The notes beneath the pieces are model-generated. The model worked only from the letters and a program-made list of their open reading frames with translations. It searched no databases and was not told where the DNA came from. DNA of 64,000 nucleotides from the NCBI GenBank assembly GCA_964652775.1, contig CAZZAM010000004.1:112947-176946 (forward strand). The letters are read 5' to 3'. Below are positions 44,972 to 54,014 of the stretch, in pieces. Source of the stretch: an uncultured candidatus Brocadiaceae bacterium. Its GTDB lineage: Bacteria > Planctomycetota > UBA11346. The stretch's first letter is position 1. Each line of letters opens with the position of its first letter. Both the position numbers and the translations under genes were made by a program.

Positions 44972-46268
44972 AACCACGACGACGGTCGGCAACTATTTCG
45001 TTTCCAATTATCCGCCGTATTCGTTCTGGTCGCCGGATCATGTCGCTGAGGTGCAGTCTGCGCTTGCTCGGTCTGCGAAACCGGGCACCGACCTGGGCGT
45101 CTACCTGCACATTCCGTTCTGCCGCAAGCGCTGCCATTTCTGTTATTTCCGCGTTTATACCGACAAAAAGAATGACGAGATCCAAGGCTACCTCGACGCT
45201 GCACTGGCTGAATTGGCGATCTACGCCAAACAGCCACTCATCGCCGGACGTAAACCGCGCTTCGTGTATTTCGGCGGTGGTACGCCGTCGTTTTTGTCAC
45301 CCGAGCAATTGCTGATCTTGGGCAATGGCATGAAGGCTTTGCTGCCATGGGATGCGGCCGAGGAAGTGACGTTCGAATGCGAGCCCGGCACGCTGTCTGA
45401 GCGGAAGCTCAAAACCATCCGCGAACTCGGCGTCACCCGCCTCAGTCTGGGCGTCGAGAACTTCGACGATCACATTTTGGAAAGTAATGGCCGCGCCCAC
45501 TTGTCGAAGCAGGTCTATGCCGCCTACGCCACGGCCCGAGCGCTCAACTTTCCGCAGATCAACATTGATCTCATTGCCGGCATGATGAACGAGACCGAAT
45601 CGAAATGGCGGGATACGGTTGCCAAGACGATCGAATTGGCACCGGACAGCGTCACCGTCTATCAGATGGAAGTGCCCTACAACACGACGATCTACAAACA
45701 GATGAAGGCCGAAGGCAAGGTAACCGCGCCAGTTGCCGATTGGGAGACCAAGCGTGGTTGGGTGGATTACGCTTTCAGTGAAATGGAGAAATCCAGTTAC
45801 ACGGTGAAGAGTGCCTACACCGCGGTACGCAATCCCGAGCGCACGCAGTTTATCTATCGCGACAGTCTATGGGCCGGTGCCGATCTGCTGAGTCTCGGCG
45901 TCGCGTCGTTCGGGTATCTCGACGGTGTTCATTATCAGAACGAGCACGATTTCGCGCCTTACGTTGATGGTGTTCGCACAGGGAAGCTGCCGATTAGGCG
46001 TGCGTTGACCCCCGATGCCGATGAACGTCTGATTCGTGAGTTTATTTTACAACTCAAACTTGGGCGCGTGGATGTTGGCTACTTCGCTAAGAAATTCGGC
46101 GTTGATCCGTTGGTTCGTTTCAAGCCGCAGCTTGACGATTTGGTGCGTGACGGGCATCTCTCTATTTCTGGCAGTACGCTCACGTTCACCCGCGCAGCGC
46201 TGCTCCAGGTTGATCGGTTGCTCCACGCATTCTTCCTGCCCAAGCACAGCGGAGCCCGCTATGCCTGA
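44961..46268 (+). CDS. HemN-like radical SAM protein (coproporphyrinogen III oxidase-like / class C radical SAM family)
   Basis: LGVYLHIPFCRKRCHFCYF has the C-x3-C-x2-C radical SAM motif in the HemN arrangement; GGGTPS SAM-binding motif; ~435 aa. ATG is preceded by GAGGAGG and overlaps the ADH stop. Confidence 0.8.
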   Translation: MTTETTTTVGNYFVSNYPPYSFWSPDHVAEVQSALARSAKPGTDLGVYLHIPFCRKRCHFCYFRVYTDKKNDEIQGYLDAALAELAIYAKQPLIAGRKPRFVYFGGGTPSFLSPEQLLILGNGMKALLPWDAAEEVTFECEPGTLSERKLKTIRELGVTRLSLGVENFDDHILESNGRAHLSKQVYAAYATARALNFPQINIDLIAGMMNETESKWRDTVAKTIELAPDSVTVYQMEVPYNTTIYKQMKAEGKVTAPVADWETKRGWVDYAFSEMEKSSYTVKSAYTAVRNPERTQFIYRDSLWAGADLLSLGVASFGYLDGVHYQNEHDFAPYVDGVRTGKLPIRRALTPDADERLIREFILQLKLGRVDVGYFAKKFGVDPLVRFKPQLDDLVRDGHLSISGSTLTFTRAALLQVDRLLHAFFLPKHSGARYA

Positions 46269-46809
46269 TGTGGCCATCTCTTCGGCGTGCTTCGCTCCAC
46301 TGGTCGAGGCGGTTGGAGGTAACCAGCAGCTTGGTCTTCAGGTGATTGACGGCACCAACATGCCCGAGCCGTACCGCGCCCTGCTGGTGAATCATGGCGA
46401 TATGACCACGACGCTTGAGCGGTTTCACGGCTGTCGTTTGCACATCGCCGTCCTTGGCCGCGTCCAGGATGGCGACATCTATAGCCGCCAGGTGATCTTG
46501 CTCGATGAACACGAAAACGCGGTGGAATATGGAGCGATTCGCATCCACTTGGCGGCGTTGCCGTTGCTCGCCCGCCAGGAGGTGTTGGCCGGACAACGCC
46601 CGTTGGGTGGAGTATTGGTCAATCACGGCGTCCCCCATACCAGTCACCCCAGCGCGTTCTTTGCGCTCATGCCCAATGCGGCAATTCTCGCCGCCCTGCA
46701 TCTCCAGCAGCCATTGACACTCTACGGACGTTGCAACACCCTCGTCCATGGCGACGGCCAGACCATCGCCGAGGTGGTCGAGATCCTCCCCCCGCATCCA
46801 CGTTCCTGA
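46261..46809 (+). CDS. Hypothetical protein (182 aa)
   Basis: Overlaps the preceding stop by 8 nt; no motif recognised with confidence. A chorismate-lyase/UTRA-like fold (DUF98-type) is only a weak guess. Confidence 0.45.
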   Translation: MPDVAISSACFAPLVEAVGGNQQLGLQVIDGTNMPEPYRALLVNHGDMTTTLERFHGCRLHIAVLGRVQDGDIYSRQVILLDEHENAVEYGAIRIHLAALPLLARQEVLAGQRPLGGVLVNHGVPHTSHPSAFFALMPNAAILAALHLQQPLTLYGRCNTLVHGDGQTIAEVVEILPPHPRS

Positions 46810-46821
46810 CAGGATCATGCC

Positions 46822-48108
46822 ATGAGTAGTCAACCGGAAGTCATCATTGTCGGCGCTGGCCCCGCAGGAACCACGGCGGCTGCCGTGCTTGCCATGCATC
46901 GACGCCGCGTCGTCGTCTTGGACAAGGCTGCGTTTCCACGCTACCACATCGGCGAATCGCTGATTCCGTATACGTGGTTCACGCTCAAGCGTATCGGGAT
47001 GCTGGAGAAGCTGGAGAAGTCACATTTCACCAAGAAATACTCGATCTGCTTCATCAGCCAGACCGGCAAACAATCGCAGCCATTCTTTTTCGACAGCCAC
47101 TTCGATCACCCGGCAACCCAGACGTGGCAGGTGCGCCGCAGCGAGTTCGATCAGATGCTGCGCGACAATGCCCGCGAAAAAGGCGCTGAGATTCGTCACG
47201 GCATCCAGGCCGAGCGACTGATCATGGAGCAGAACCGCGTCGTCGGCGTCGCGGGCAAAGACGAATCTGGTAAGCCGTTCGAGCTGCGTGCGCCTATAGT
47301 GATTGATGCCAGTGGTCGCGACTGCCTGGCGGTCAACCAGTTCGGCTGGCGCGTGTGGGACAAGCCACTCGACCGCTTTGCCATCTGGACCTATTGGAAA
47401 GGCGCGGTGCGCGATCCCGGTCGCGCCGGTGGCGCTACGACCGTTGCCTACGTTCCCAACAAAGGTTGGTTCTGGTATATCCCGCTCCACGACGACATCA
47501 TGAGCGTTGGCGTGGTGGCGAAGAAAGAATACCTATTCCGCGACACCCAGGATCTCGCCACGATCTACCAGCGCGAGGTCAACGAGAACGTCTGGCTGAT
47601 GGAACACCTCAAACCGGCCACGCAATGTGATGGGATGCATGTTACCAACGAATACAGCTATCGTTCACGCCACTGCGCCACTGACGGATTGGTGCTAGCA
47701 GGTGACGCGTTCAACTTCCTCGATCCGGTGTTTTCCAGCGGCGCGTTCTTTGCGCTTTGGAGTGGCGAGCGTGCTGGCGACGCCGTGCATGCCGCGTTAT
47801 CCGCGAACAACACCAGCGCAGAGGCATTCAGTACGTACGGCAAGACCTACTGCACTGGCGTCGAGGCGATGCGTAAACTGGTCTATGGATTCTACGACGA
47901 GAATACCAACTACGGCCAGTTCATCCGCCAACATCCAGATCTGAAAGCAGATCTGACCGACTGCATCATCGGTGCGGTGGAGAAAGATTTCCGTCCACTG
48001 TTCGATGCGTTCCGCAACTTCGCTACGATTCCACCGGATCTGGACTTCGGTGGTCCATTGGTTCCGCAGCGTGATCAGGCATCAGCCAGCACAAAGCAGT
48101 CACCATGA
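46822..48108 (+). CDS. FAD-dependent oxidoreductase with flavin-dependent halogenase signatures
   Basis: N-terminal VIIVGAGPAGTTAA (GxGxxG) and HIGESLIP; GWFWYIP matches the halogenase WxWxIP motif; FLDPVFSSG matches Fx.Px.Sx.G. Confidence 0.65.
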   Translation: MSSQPEVIIVGAGPAGTTAAAVLAMHRRRVVVLDKAAFPRYHIGESLIPYTWFTLKRIGMLEKLEKSHFTKKYSICFISQTGKQSQPFFFDSHFDHPATQTWQVRRSEFDQMLRDNAREKGAEIRHGIQAERLIMEQNRVVGVAGKDESGKPFELRAPIVIDASGRDCLAVNQFGWRVWDKPLDRFAIWTYWKGAVRDPGRAGGATTVAYVPNKGWFWYIPLHDDIMSVGVVAKKEYLFRDTQDLATIYQREVNENVWLMEHLKPATQCDGMHVTNEYSYRSRHCATDGLVLAGDAFNFLDPVFSSGAFFALWSGERAGDAVHAALSANNTSAEAFSTYGKTYCTGVEAMRKLVYGFYDENTNYGQFIRQHPDLKADLTDCIIGAVEKDFRPLFDAFRNFATIPPDLDFGGPLVPQRDQASASTKQSP

Positions 48109-48578
48109 CAACTCCGGTTCATGCCTTTGTCCATCGGCGGCGGGTGGAGTTTTACGAAACCGACATGGCGGGAATGGTGCATTTCTCGGTGTTCTTCCGG
48201 TATATGGAGGCCTGCGAACACGCGTTCGTTCGCTCGCTCGGCGGCAATATCCATCCTGGCGAGGGGGGCGGTGAGGGTTCGCTGCTTGGCTGGCCGCGAG
48301 TCCATGCGTCGTGTGATTACCAACGACCACTGCGTTACGACGAAGAAATTGACGTTCGTTTGTTAGTTCGTGAAAAACGCGAACGCGCCGTGCATTACGA
48401 TTTTCGTTTTCACCGCATTGGCGACACCGATCCACGACCGCTGGCGACCGGCAAGTTGGTTGTTGTTCCGGTGGCGCGCATCAAGGGCGTGGTGAAGTCC
48501 ATTCCGTTGCCTGCATTCACCCAGCTGATCGCCGTCGCTCCGGCTGATCTGTTGGATCATCCCACTCCGAGGTCGTGA
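48105..48578 (+). CDS. Acyl-CoA thioesterase, hotdog fold (4HBT/YbgC-like)
   Basis: RVEFYETDMAGMVHFSVFFRYMEACEHAF is the typical 4HBT N-terminal region with the catalytic Asp. 157 aa; ATGA overlap with the previous gene. Confidence 0.8.
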   Translation: MTTPVHAFVHRRRVEFYETDMAGMVHFSVFFRYMEACEHAFVRSLGGNIHPGEGGGEGSLLGWPRVHASCDYQRPLRYDEEIDVRLLVREKRERAVHYDFRFHRIGDTDPRPLATGKLVVVPVARIKGVVKSIPLPAFTQLIAVAPADLLDHPTPRS

Positions 48579-49126
48579 TGTCTGCTGACTCGAACTCACC
48601 GGCTCTGTGGTTGTTCTTCACGTTAACCACTGTGGTCTCATGGGGGCTCTACGGTGTACTGCTGCACACCGGCCAGCTCAGCATGGCGGATCCGGTGCAC
48701 GGACGCACGAAGGCATTTCTCGTCGTCGGCGTGGCGTATTTTCTGACTGCCGTGCTAGCACCACTCGCCTTATTGTGGTTCGGCGGTGCGGAGTGGAATT
48801 TCCCGGGCAAAGGTCTGTGGTGGTCGCTGGCAGCAGGCATTGTTGGAGCGATTGGTGCCCTCTGTGTACTGCTGGCGTTTGGCGCAAAGGGTAGCCCGAT
48901 CACGGTCATGACGATCGTCTTCGCTGGCGCGCCGTTAGTGAATGCGCTGGTCGCGATCATCCTGCATCCACCGGCAGGCGGATGGGGCGAATTGCGCTGG
49001 CAGTTCATGCTTGGGATGGTGCTCGCGATTACCGGAGGAGCGTTGGTGACGTTGTATAAGCCAGCGCCAGGAGCCGGGCCAAAACCAATGCCAGTGAGCG
49101 AATCGCCGGTAGAACCAGCGAAGTGA
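48575..49126 (+). CDS. Hypothetical integral membrane protein (about 4-5 TM)
   Basis: Hydrophobic helices throughout; GTGA overlaps at both ends. Confidence 0.5.
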   Translation: MMSADSNSPALWLFFTLTTVVSWGLYGVLLHTGQLSMADPVHGRTKAFLVVGVAYFLTAVLAPLALLWFGGAEWNFPGKGLWWSLAAGIVGAIGALCVLLAFGAKGSPITVMTIVFAGAPLVNALVAIILHPPAGGWGELRWQFMLGMVLAITGGALVTLYKPAPGAGPKPMPVSESPVEPAK

Positions 49127-50400
49127 CTAGCGTGGCAGAATCGGTGGCGGCAGCGCGACAGCATATCGTACTTGTTCAAGATGGACACCTGCGCGACATG
49201 TTGTCGATCATCGTCGGACGTAATCAGTTTTATTCCGCCCGACTGCGTGCGGCTGGGCTGGATAGCACGAGTGACCGTGCCGACTTTCTGGCGTGCTGTC
49301 CTTTTACCACCAAGGCGGAAATCGTTGCCGATCAACAGGCGCATCCGCCATTTGGCACCAACCTGACCTGGCCGATGGCGCGTTACGTGCGCTTCAGCCA
49401 GACCAGCGGAACCAACGGCGCACCACTGCGTTGGATGGATACTCTTGAAAACTGGACATGGATGTTGGACTCGTGGGATCATTTCTTCAATGCCTATCAG
49501 ATCACCAGTGCCGATCGCATCTTCGCTGCGTTTTCATTCGGTCCGTTTCTGGGTTTTTGGACTGCGTACGAAGCAGCTGTCCGCCGTGGATGCCTCAGTA
49601 TTCCCGGCGGTGGTTTGGGCACGCGTAGTCGGTTGGAGGTGATGCGTGATACCGGCAGCACCGTGTTACTGGCAACGCCGACCTACGTAATCCGCATGGG
49701 TGAAGCAGCTCGCGACGCTGGCATCGCGGTGTCGACGCTGCGTTACATCATCGTCGGCGGTGAACCTGGTGGCAGTATCCCCGCAACGCGGGATCGGATC
49801 AAGGAGCTGTGGCCGAGCAGCCAACTGATCGATCACCACGGCATGACTGAAATCGGTCCGGTTTCATGGCAGAACCCCCATGATCCACGCTATCTGCACA
49901 TCTATGAAGATGCCTACATCGTCGAAATCATTGATCCATCTACAGGCGCTGCGGCGAATCCTGGCACAACCGGCGAACTCGTGCTGACCAACCTTGGACG
50001 AACGGGCTCTCCGCTGCTGCGCTATCGCACCGGCGATCTCGTGCGCGCCACCACAACACCTTTGAACGAGCCATATATCGCACTTGATGGTGGCATCCTT
50101 GGTCGGGTCGATGACATGGCGATCGTGCGCGGAGTAAACGTCTGGCCCGCGGCCATTGAGGCGATTGTGCGGCGCTTTCCTGAGGTTGCCGAGTATCGCT
50201 GCTTGCTGAGCACGGATCGCGGTATGACCGAATTACGTCTTGTCGTTGAATTGATTCCCGGTGTTATGGCCGAGTCGATGCCAAACCGTATTCGCGACGC
50301 TCTTGCTACTGCCTTGGCCCTGCGCATTCCGGTGGACATTACCGCCGCTGGCACCTTGCCGCGGCCCGAAATGAAATCGCAGCGTTGGCTGCGCGTCTGA
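49123..50400 (+). CDS. Phenylacetate-CoA ligase-like (PaaK / coenzyme F390 synthetase family) adenylate-forming enzyme
   Basis: FSQTSGTNGAPLRW (PaaK P-loop SSGTTGKP-equivalent); the hinge/C-terminal motif LVLTNLGRTGSPLLRYRTGDLVR closely resembles PaaK-family enzymes. Confidence 0.8.
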   Translation: MTSVAESVAAARQHIVLVQDGHLRDMLSIIVGRNQFYSARLRAAGLDSTSDRADFLACCPFTTKAEIVADQQAHPPFGTNLTWPMARYVRFSQTSGTNGAPLRWMDTLENWTWMLDSWDHFFNAYQITSADRIFAAFSFGPFLGFWTAYEAAVRRGCLSIPGGGLGTRSRLEVMRDTGSTVLLATPTYVIRMGEAARDAGIAVSTLRYIIVGGEPGGSIPATRDRIKELWPSSQLIDHHGMTEIGPVSWQNPHDPRYLHIYEDAYIVEIIDPSTGAAANPGTTGELVLTNLGRTGSPLLRYRTGDLVRATTTPLNEPYIALDGGILGRVDDMAIVRGVNVWPAAIEAIVRRFPEVAEYRCLLSTDRGMTELRLVVELIPGVMAESMPNRIRDALATALALRIPVDITAAGTLPRPEMKSQRWLRV

Positions 50401-50418
50401 CCTCCTCCTGAGACCATT

Positions 50419-51033
50419 ATGCCTTATGCCTCGTTACTGATCTTGCTGTGTGCTGGTGTCGTATCGGCGGGCGATCCGCTCTACCTCCAAGACTTCGACA
50501 AGGCCAAGGCCATGCCGGAGGACTTGATGCTCAATGGAGAGTTTAGCCTCAAGGAGGATGGCACCGGCAAGGTTCTCGCGTTGGTAACGCAGCCCTTAGA
50601 AACCTACAACGTTACTTTCGGACCAAGTCGTAAGGAGCCGACATCGGTCAGTGCGCGTATCCGTGGCGACTCCAAGGGGCGTTTGTATCCGGCGTTCGGT
50701 ATCGGATTGAACGGCGTCAGTGGGGTTATCATGCGGATATCGCCTTCCAAAGATGCGGTCGAACTTCTGCTCGGTGAAACGATTCTGATGACCAAGCCGT
50801 TCACCTGGAAGACCGGAACCTGGACCCGCCTTCGACTCAGTCTTGAGAAGACCGGGGATAAGTGGACGGTCAGTGGTCGAGCCTGGCGCTCCGATACGGA
50901 TGAGCCCAAAGAGTGGACAATTACGTGTAACCTAGAGCAGGCGCCTCCAGTTGGTCGGGCAACCGCGTGGGGTATCCCGTACGGAGGCAATCCGATCCTG
51001 TTTGACGATCTCCGCATTGATGCAGTGCATTAA
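50419..51033 (+). CDS. Secreted DUF1080-like (concanavalin-like lectin/glucanase fold) protein
   Basis: Signal peptide MPYASLLILLCAGVVSAG; homologous to the C-terminal domain of the 35514-37811 protein (WTRLRLSLEKTGDKWTVSGRAWRSDTDEPKEWTI versus WYRLKARVDVAADGSGVVRVKAWPRADAEPAAWTL). Confidence 0.55.
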   Translation: MPYASLLILLCAGVVSAGDPLYLQDFDKAKAMPEDLMLNGEFSLKEDGTGKVLALVTQPLETYNVTFGPSRKEPTSVSARIRGDSKGRLYPAFGIGLNGVSGVIMRISPSKDAVELLLGETILMTKPFTWKTGTWTRLRLSLEKTGDKWTVSGRAWRSDTDEPKEWTITCNLEQAPPVGRATAWGIPYGGNPILFDDLRIDAVH

Positions 51034-51126
51034 GTTCTGGTCGCGGGGGTTGTTTTTTCAGACGTTCCACAAAGCTCCGCCTCGCACCGAACAACCCCGC
51101 ATACCCATAACCGCCGTAACCAGTCG

Positions 51127-53289
51127 TTGAGAGATCACATGCATCGCCATCTTCTCGCTCCTACCCTGCTTGCCATTGCCGCGTTATGTGCCGCGGAGGA
51201 CACGCCCAGCGAGACGCCGAAGGTCGAGAGTGAACGCGGTGTAGTGCGCCTTCCAGAAATCACCGTGGTCGCAGAGAAAGTGCGTTCACCGGAGCAGATC
51301 GTACCGGTGAGCGTCAGTGCTATCGACCAGGCGAAACTGGATGCCATTGATGCGCAGTCGGTGAAAGATGCGGCGATGTCCGTCCCCAATGTACACGTTG
51401 TCGAATTCACAGCGCGGATCGTGAGTCAACCCTATTTCCGTGGCATCGGATCAAGCCCCGGCAATCCGGCGGTGACAACCTATTATGACGGTGTTCCGCA
51501 GTTGCACGGATACACCTCCAATCTTGGATTGCTGGATGTTGAGCAGGTCGAATTTGTGCGTGGATCGCAAGGGCTCTTCTATGGGCGCAATACCATCGGT
51601 GGTGCGATCAATGTGCTCAGCCGCGCGCCTGGAGAGCAATGGCATGGCGCCGTCTCGGCTGGCTATGGTTCCTCCGAGGCCAGCGAAGGAAACTTCCATG
51701 TCAGCGGTCCCCTGATTCAGGGCAAGCTGGGCTTGAGTATCGCTGGAAGGTATGAGGACCGAGACGGGTTTACCAAGAACGACACGACTGGAAATACGTT
51801 GGATGATCGCGAAGCACGGTTCTTCAAGTCGCAAATGCAGTGGGCGCCTGCTGACCGGCTATCTGTGCGCTTCATCTTCACCAACGAGCACGACCACGAT
51901 GGTGATTACGCACTCGGTGATCTCGCCGCGATCCGCAACCGGCCATTCCATGTGCAGCGTGATTCAGAGGGTTTCGTCAATCGCGACGTCTTGGCTCCAA
52001 CCCTGATCGTGCGCTATATGGATCCCAAGTTCGAACTCACCTCGACCAGCGGCATCGTCGATTGGCGAACTTCAGAGGCGACTGATCTGGATTATTCTGC
52101 CGTCGCAGCAGCACGGCGTGAAAACCGTCAGAACGGCACTCAGATCACTCAGGAGCTGCGCCTGACATCGCCGCAAGATCATCCGGTCGTGGTTGGCAAT
52201 GATCTGAAGCTGAAGTGGCAAGTTGGCGCGTTTGGATTCTCTCAGCGCTATGAACAAGACGCCGTCAATCACTACGCGCCATTTGTCCTTAGTCCGTTTA
52301 TTGGCTTCGCCGTCGATCAAGCATCATCGGCGCGCTTGAGCGATAAAGGTCTTGGCGTTTATGGCCATGCCACGTTGCTGATTGGCGATACGATTGACGT
52401 CGGCGCTGGTCTGCGCGGCGATCGCGAATCCAAGCAGGCTGAACTCGTCACGTCCTATTCGCCGGTCATCGCCGCAGCTACGGTGGTCGATGAGAGTCGT
52501 TCCTATTCCAAGCTGTCGCCGGAACTCAACGTGGCGTATCATGTCGATCAGAACCGCATGGTATATGGTTCAATCAATCGCGGTTATCGTGCTGGCGGTT
52601 TCAATCCGACCTCACCAGTCGGTAGCGAAGCCTACGGAGAAGAGAGTAGTTTGAGCTATGAAGTCGGTGCCAAAGCGGAGTTGCTCGACCATCGGGTGAG
52701 TGTTCATGCAGCCGCCTTCTATGTCGCCTGGGATAACTTGCAGTTGAACCTACCCAACGGTCAGAGCTACTACGTGGCCAACGCTGGTGACGCCAAGAGC
52801 CAAGGCCTCGAACTTGAAGTGAAGGCACAACTCAGCGAAGAGTTCTCTGTTTTTAGCTCTTTCGGCTACGCCGACGCCCGCTTCCGTAATGGAGCAACCA
52901 GCATCAGCACGAGCGCGTCTGGCACGAATAGTACGGTCGATGTCGGTGGAAATAAACTCGTCTACGCGCCTGAGCTGACCTACAGTGCCGGTGTTCAATT
53001 CACCAAAAAGCTCGACCGGGGCCTCACCGTGTACGCCCGTCCTGAATTGGCTGGAACCGGCAGCTACTATTACAATGCCGCCAATACGGAATCCCAGAAA
53101 TCGTATGTTCTCGTCAATGCTCGTGTGGGTGTTGAGGGTCAGCGCTGGTTTACTGAGGGTTGGGTGAAGAATCTGTTCGATACCAGGTACGTGCCAGTCG
53201 CCTTCGAGTATCCCAACAACCAGTCGGGATTCATCGGTGAAGTCGGCAGCCCGCTAACTCTGGGTATTCGGACTGGCTTCAAGTTCTGA
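51127..53289 (+). CDS. TonB-dependent outer-membrane receptor
   Basis: Signal peptide, plug-domain-like N-terminal region, 720 aa with alternating beta-strand pattern, C-terminal GIRTGFKF ending in an aromatic residue (TonB-dependent receptor terminus). Confidence 0.8.
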   Translation: MRDHMHRHLLAPTLLAIAALCAAEDTPSETPKVESERGVVRLPEITVVAEKVRSPEQIVPVSVSAIDQAKLDAIDAQSVKDAAMSVPNVHVVEFTARIVSQPYFRGIGSSPGNPAVTTYYDGVPQLHGYTSNLGLLDVEQVEFVRGSQGLFYGRNTIGGAINVLSRAPGEQWHGAVSAGYGSSEASEGNFHVSGPLIQGKLGLSIAGRYEDRDGFTKNDTTGNTLDDREARFFKSQMQWAPADRLSVRFIFTNEHDHDGDYALGDLAAIRNRPFHVQRDSEGFVNRDVLAPTLIVRYMDPKFELTSTSGIVDWRTSEATDLDYSAVAAARRENRQNGTQITQELRLTSPQDHPVVVGNDLKLKWQVGAFGFSQRYEQDAVNHYAPFVLSPFIGFAVDQASSARLSDKGLGVYGHATLLIGDTIDVGAGLRGDRESKQAELVTSYSPVIAAATVVDESRSYSKLSPELNVAYHVDQNRMVYGSINRGYRAGGFNPTSPVGSEAYGEESSLSYEVGAKAELLDHRVSVHAAAFYVAWDNLQLNLPNGQSYYVANAGDAKSQGLELEVKAQLSEEFSVFSSFGYADARFRNGATSISTSASGTNSTVDVGGNKLVYAPELTYSAGVQFTKKLDRGLTVYARPELAGTGSYYYNAANTESQKSYVLVNARVGVEGQRWFTEGWVKNLFDTRYVPVAFEYPNNQSGFIGEVGSPLTLGIRTGFKF

Positions 53290-53306
53290 GGCTGATCTGA
53301 GTCGCG

Positions 53307-54014
53307 CTACGGTAGCTTCGCCCACGACACTCTGACTACGTGCGTCTGATACCAGGAGTTGTCATATGGAAGGTGATCGATGTACACCCGGTGTCGATGT
53401 GGATCGGCTTGGATAATGTCTTCGGGGCTCAGGCCGACCATGACGTGTACTCCGCCCTTCGTCACGTACAGGGATCCAGGAGTAAGGTGGCCGCAGATTG
53501 ATTGCAGTGAAGAAATGGATTCATGCACCTCCATGCGTCCACCATAGCCGGCAAGCATCTCGCGAGCCGATGCATCGTACCAAGCCAAGAGCAGCGCTTC
53601 GGCCAATGCTCGTGGTCTGGCGTGTCGTACGGAGTACGAAAACAGACTGCACATGCGCGCACGTCGTGGTAATCCAGAACAGTCGATGCCGGTCGTTCGC
53701 TCACCACCCCAGATATAGGCAATGCCGTTAGAACGCCGTAATTCCTCGAGGTACAGACGATCCAGTGCTGCCTCATCGATGGGTCCTCGATCCACGAAGC
53801 ACAACAGTCCCATGAGCGCGACACTGCTGGCACATATGATGTACCACAGACCTGCCCGTGGCAGGAAACTGATAAGTAGGAAAATTACCCCGACACTGTT
53901 GCACGCCAACAGGACGAGGGTGGTCTTGGTGACTACGGGGTAGTAAATGAGCACGACGATCGTCGCTAGGCATCCGATAGCGCAGATGACTCGAAATCCA
54001 CGTGACAACGTCAT
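53307..54014 (-). CDS. NlpC/P60 (C40) family peptidase with N-terminal membrane segments
   Basis: AYIWGGERTTGIDCSGL contains the catalytic Cys motif of NlpC/P60; His in GGVHVMVG. Two N-terminal hydrophobic helices. Confidence 0.75.
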   Translation of the reverse strand: MTLSRGFRVICAIGCLATIVVLIYYPVVTKTTLVLLACNSVGVIFLLISFLPRAGLWYIICASSVALMGLLCFVDRGPIDEAALDRLYLEELRRSNGIAYIWGGERTTGIDCSGLPRRARMCSLFSYSVRHARPRALAEALLLAWYDASAREMLAGYGGRMEVHESISSLQSICGHLTPGSLYVTKGGVHVMVGLSPEDIIQADPHRHRVYIDHLPYDNSWYQTHVVRVSWAKLP

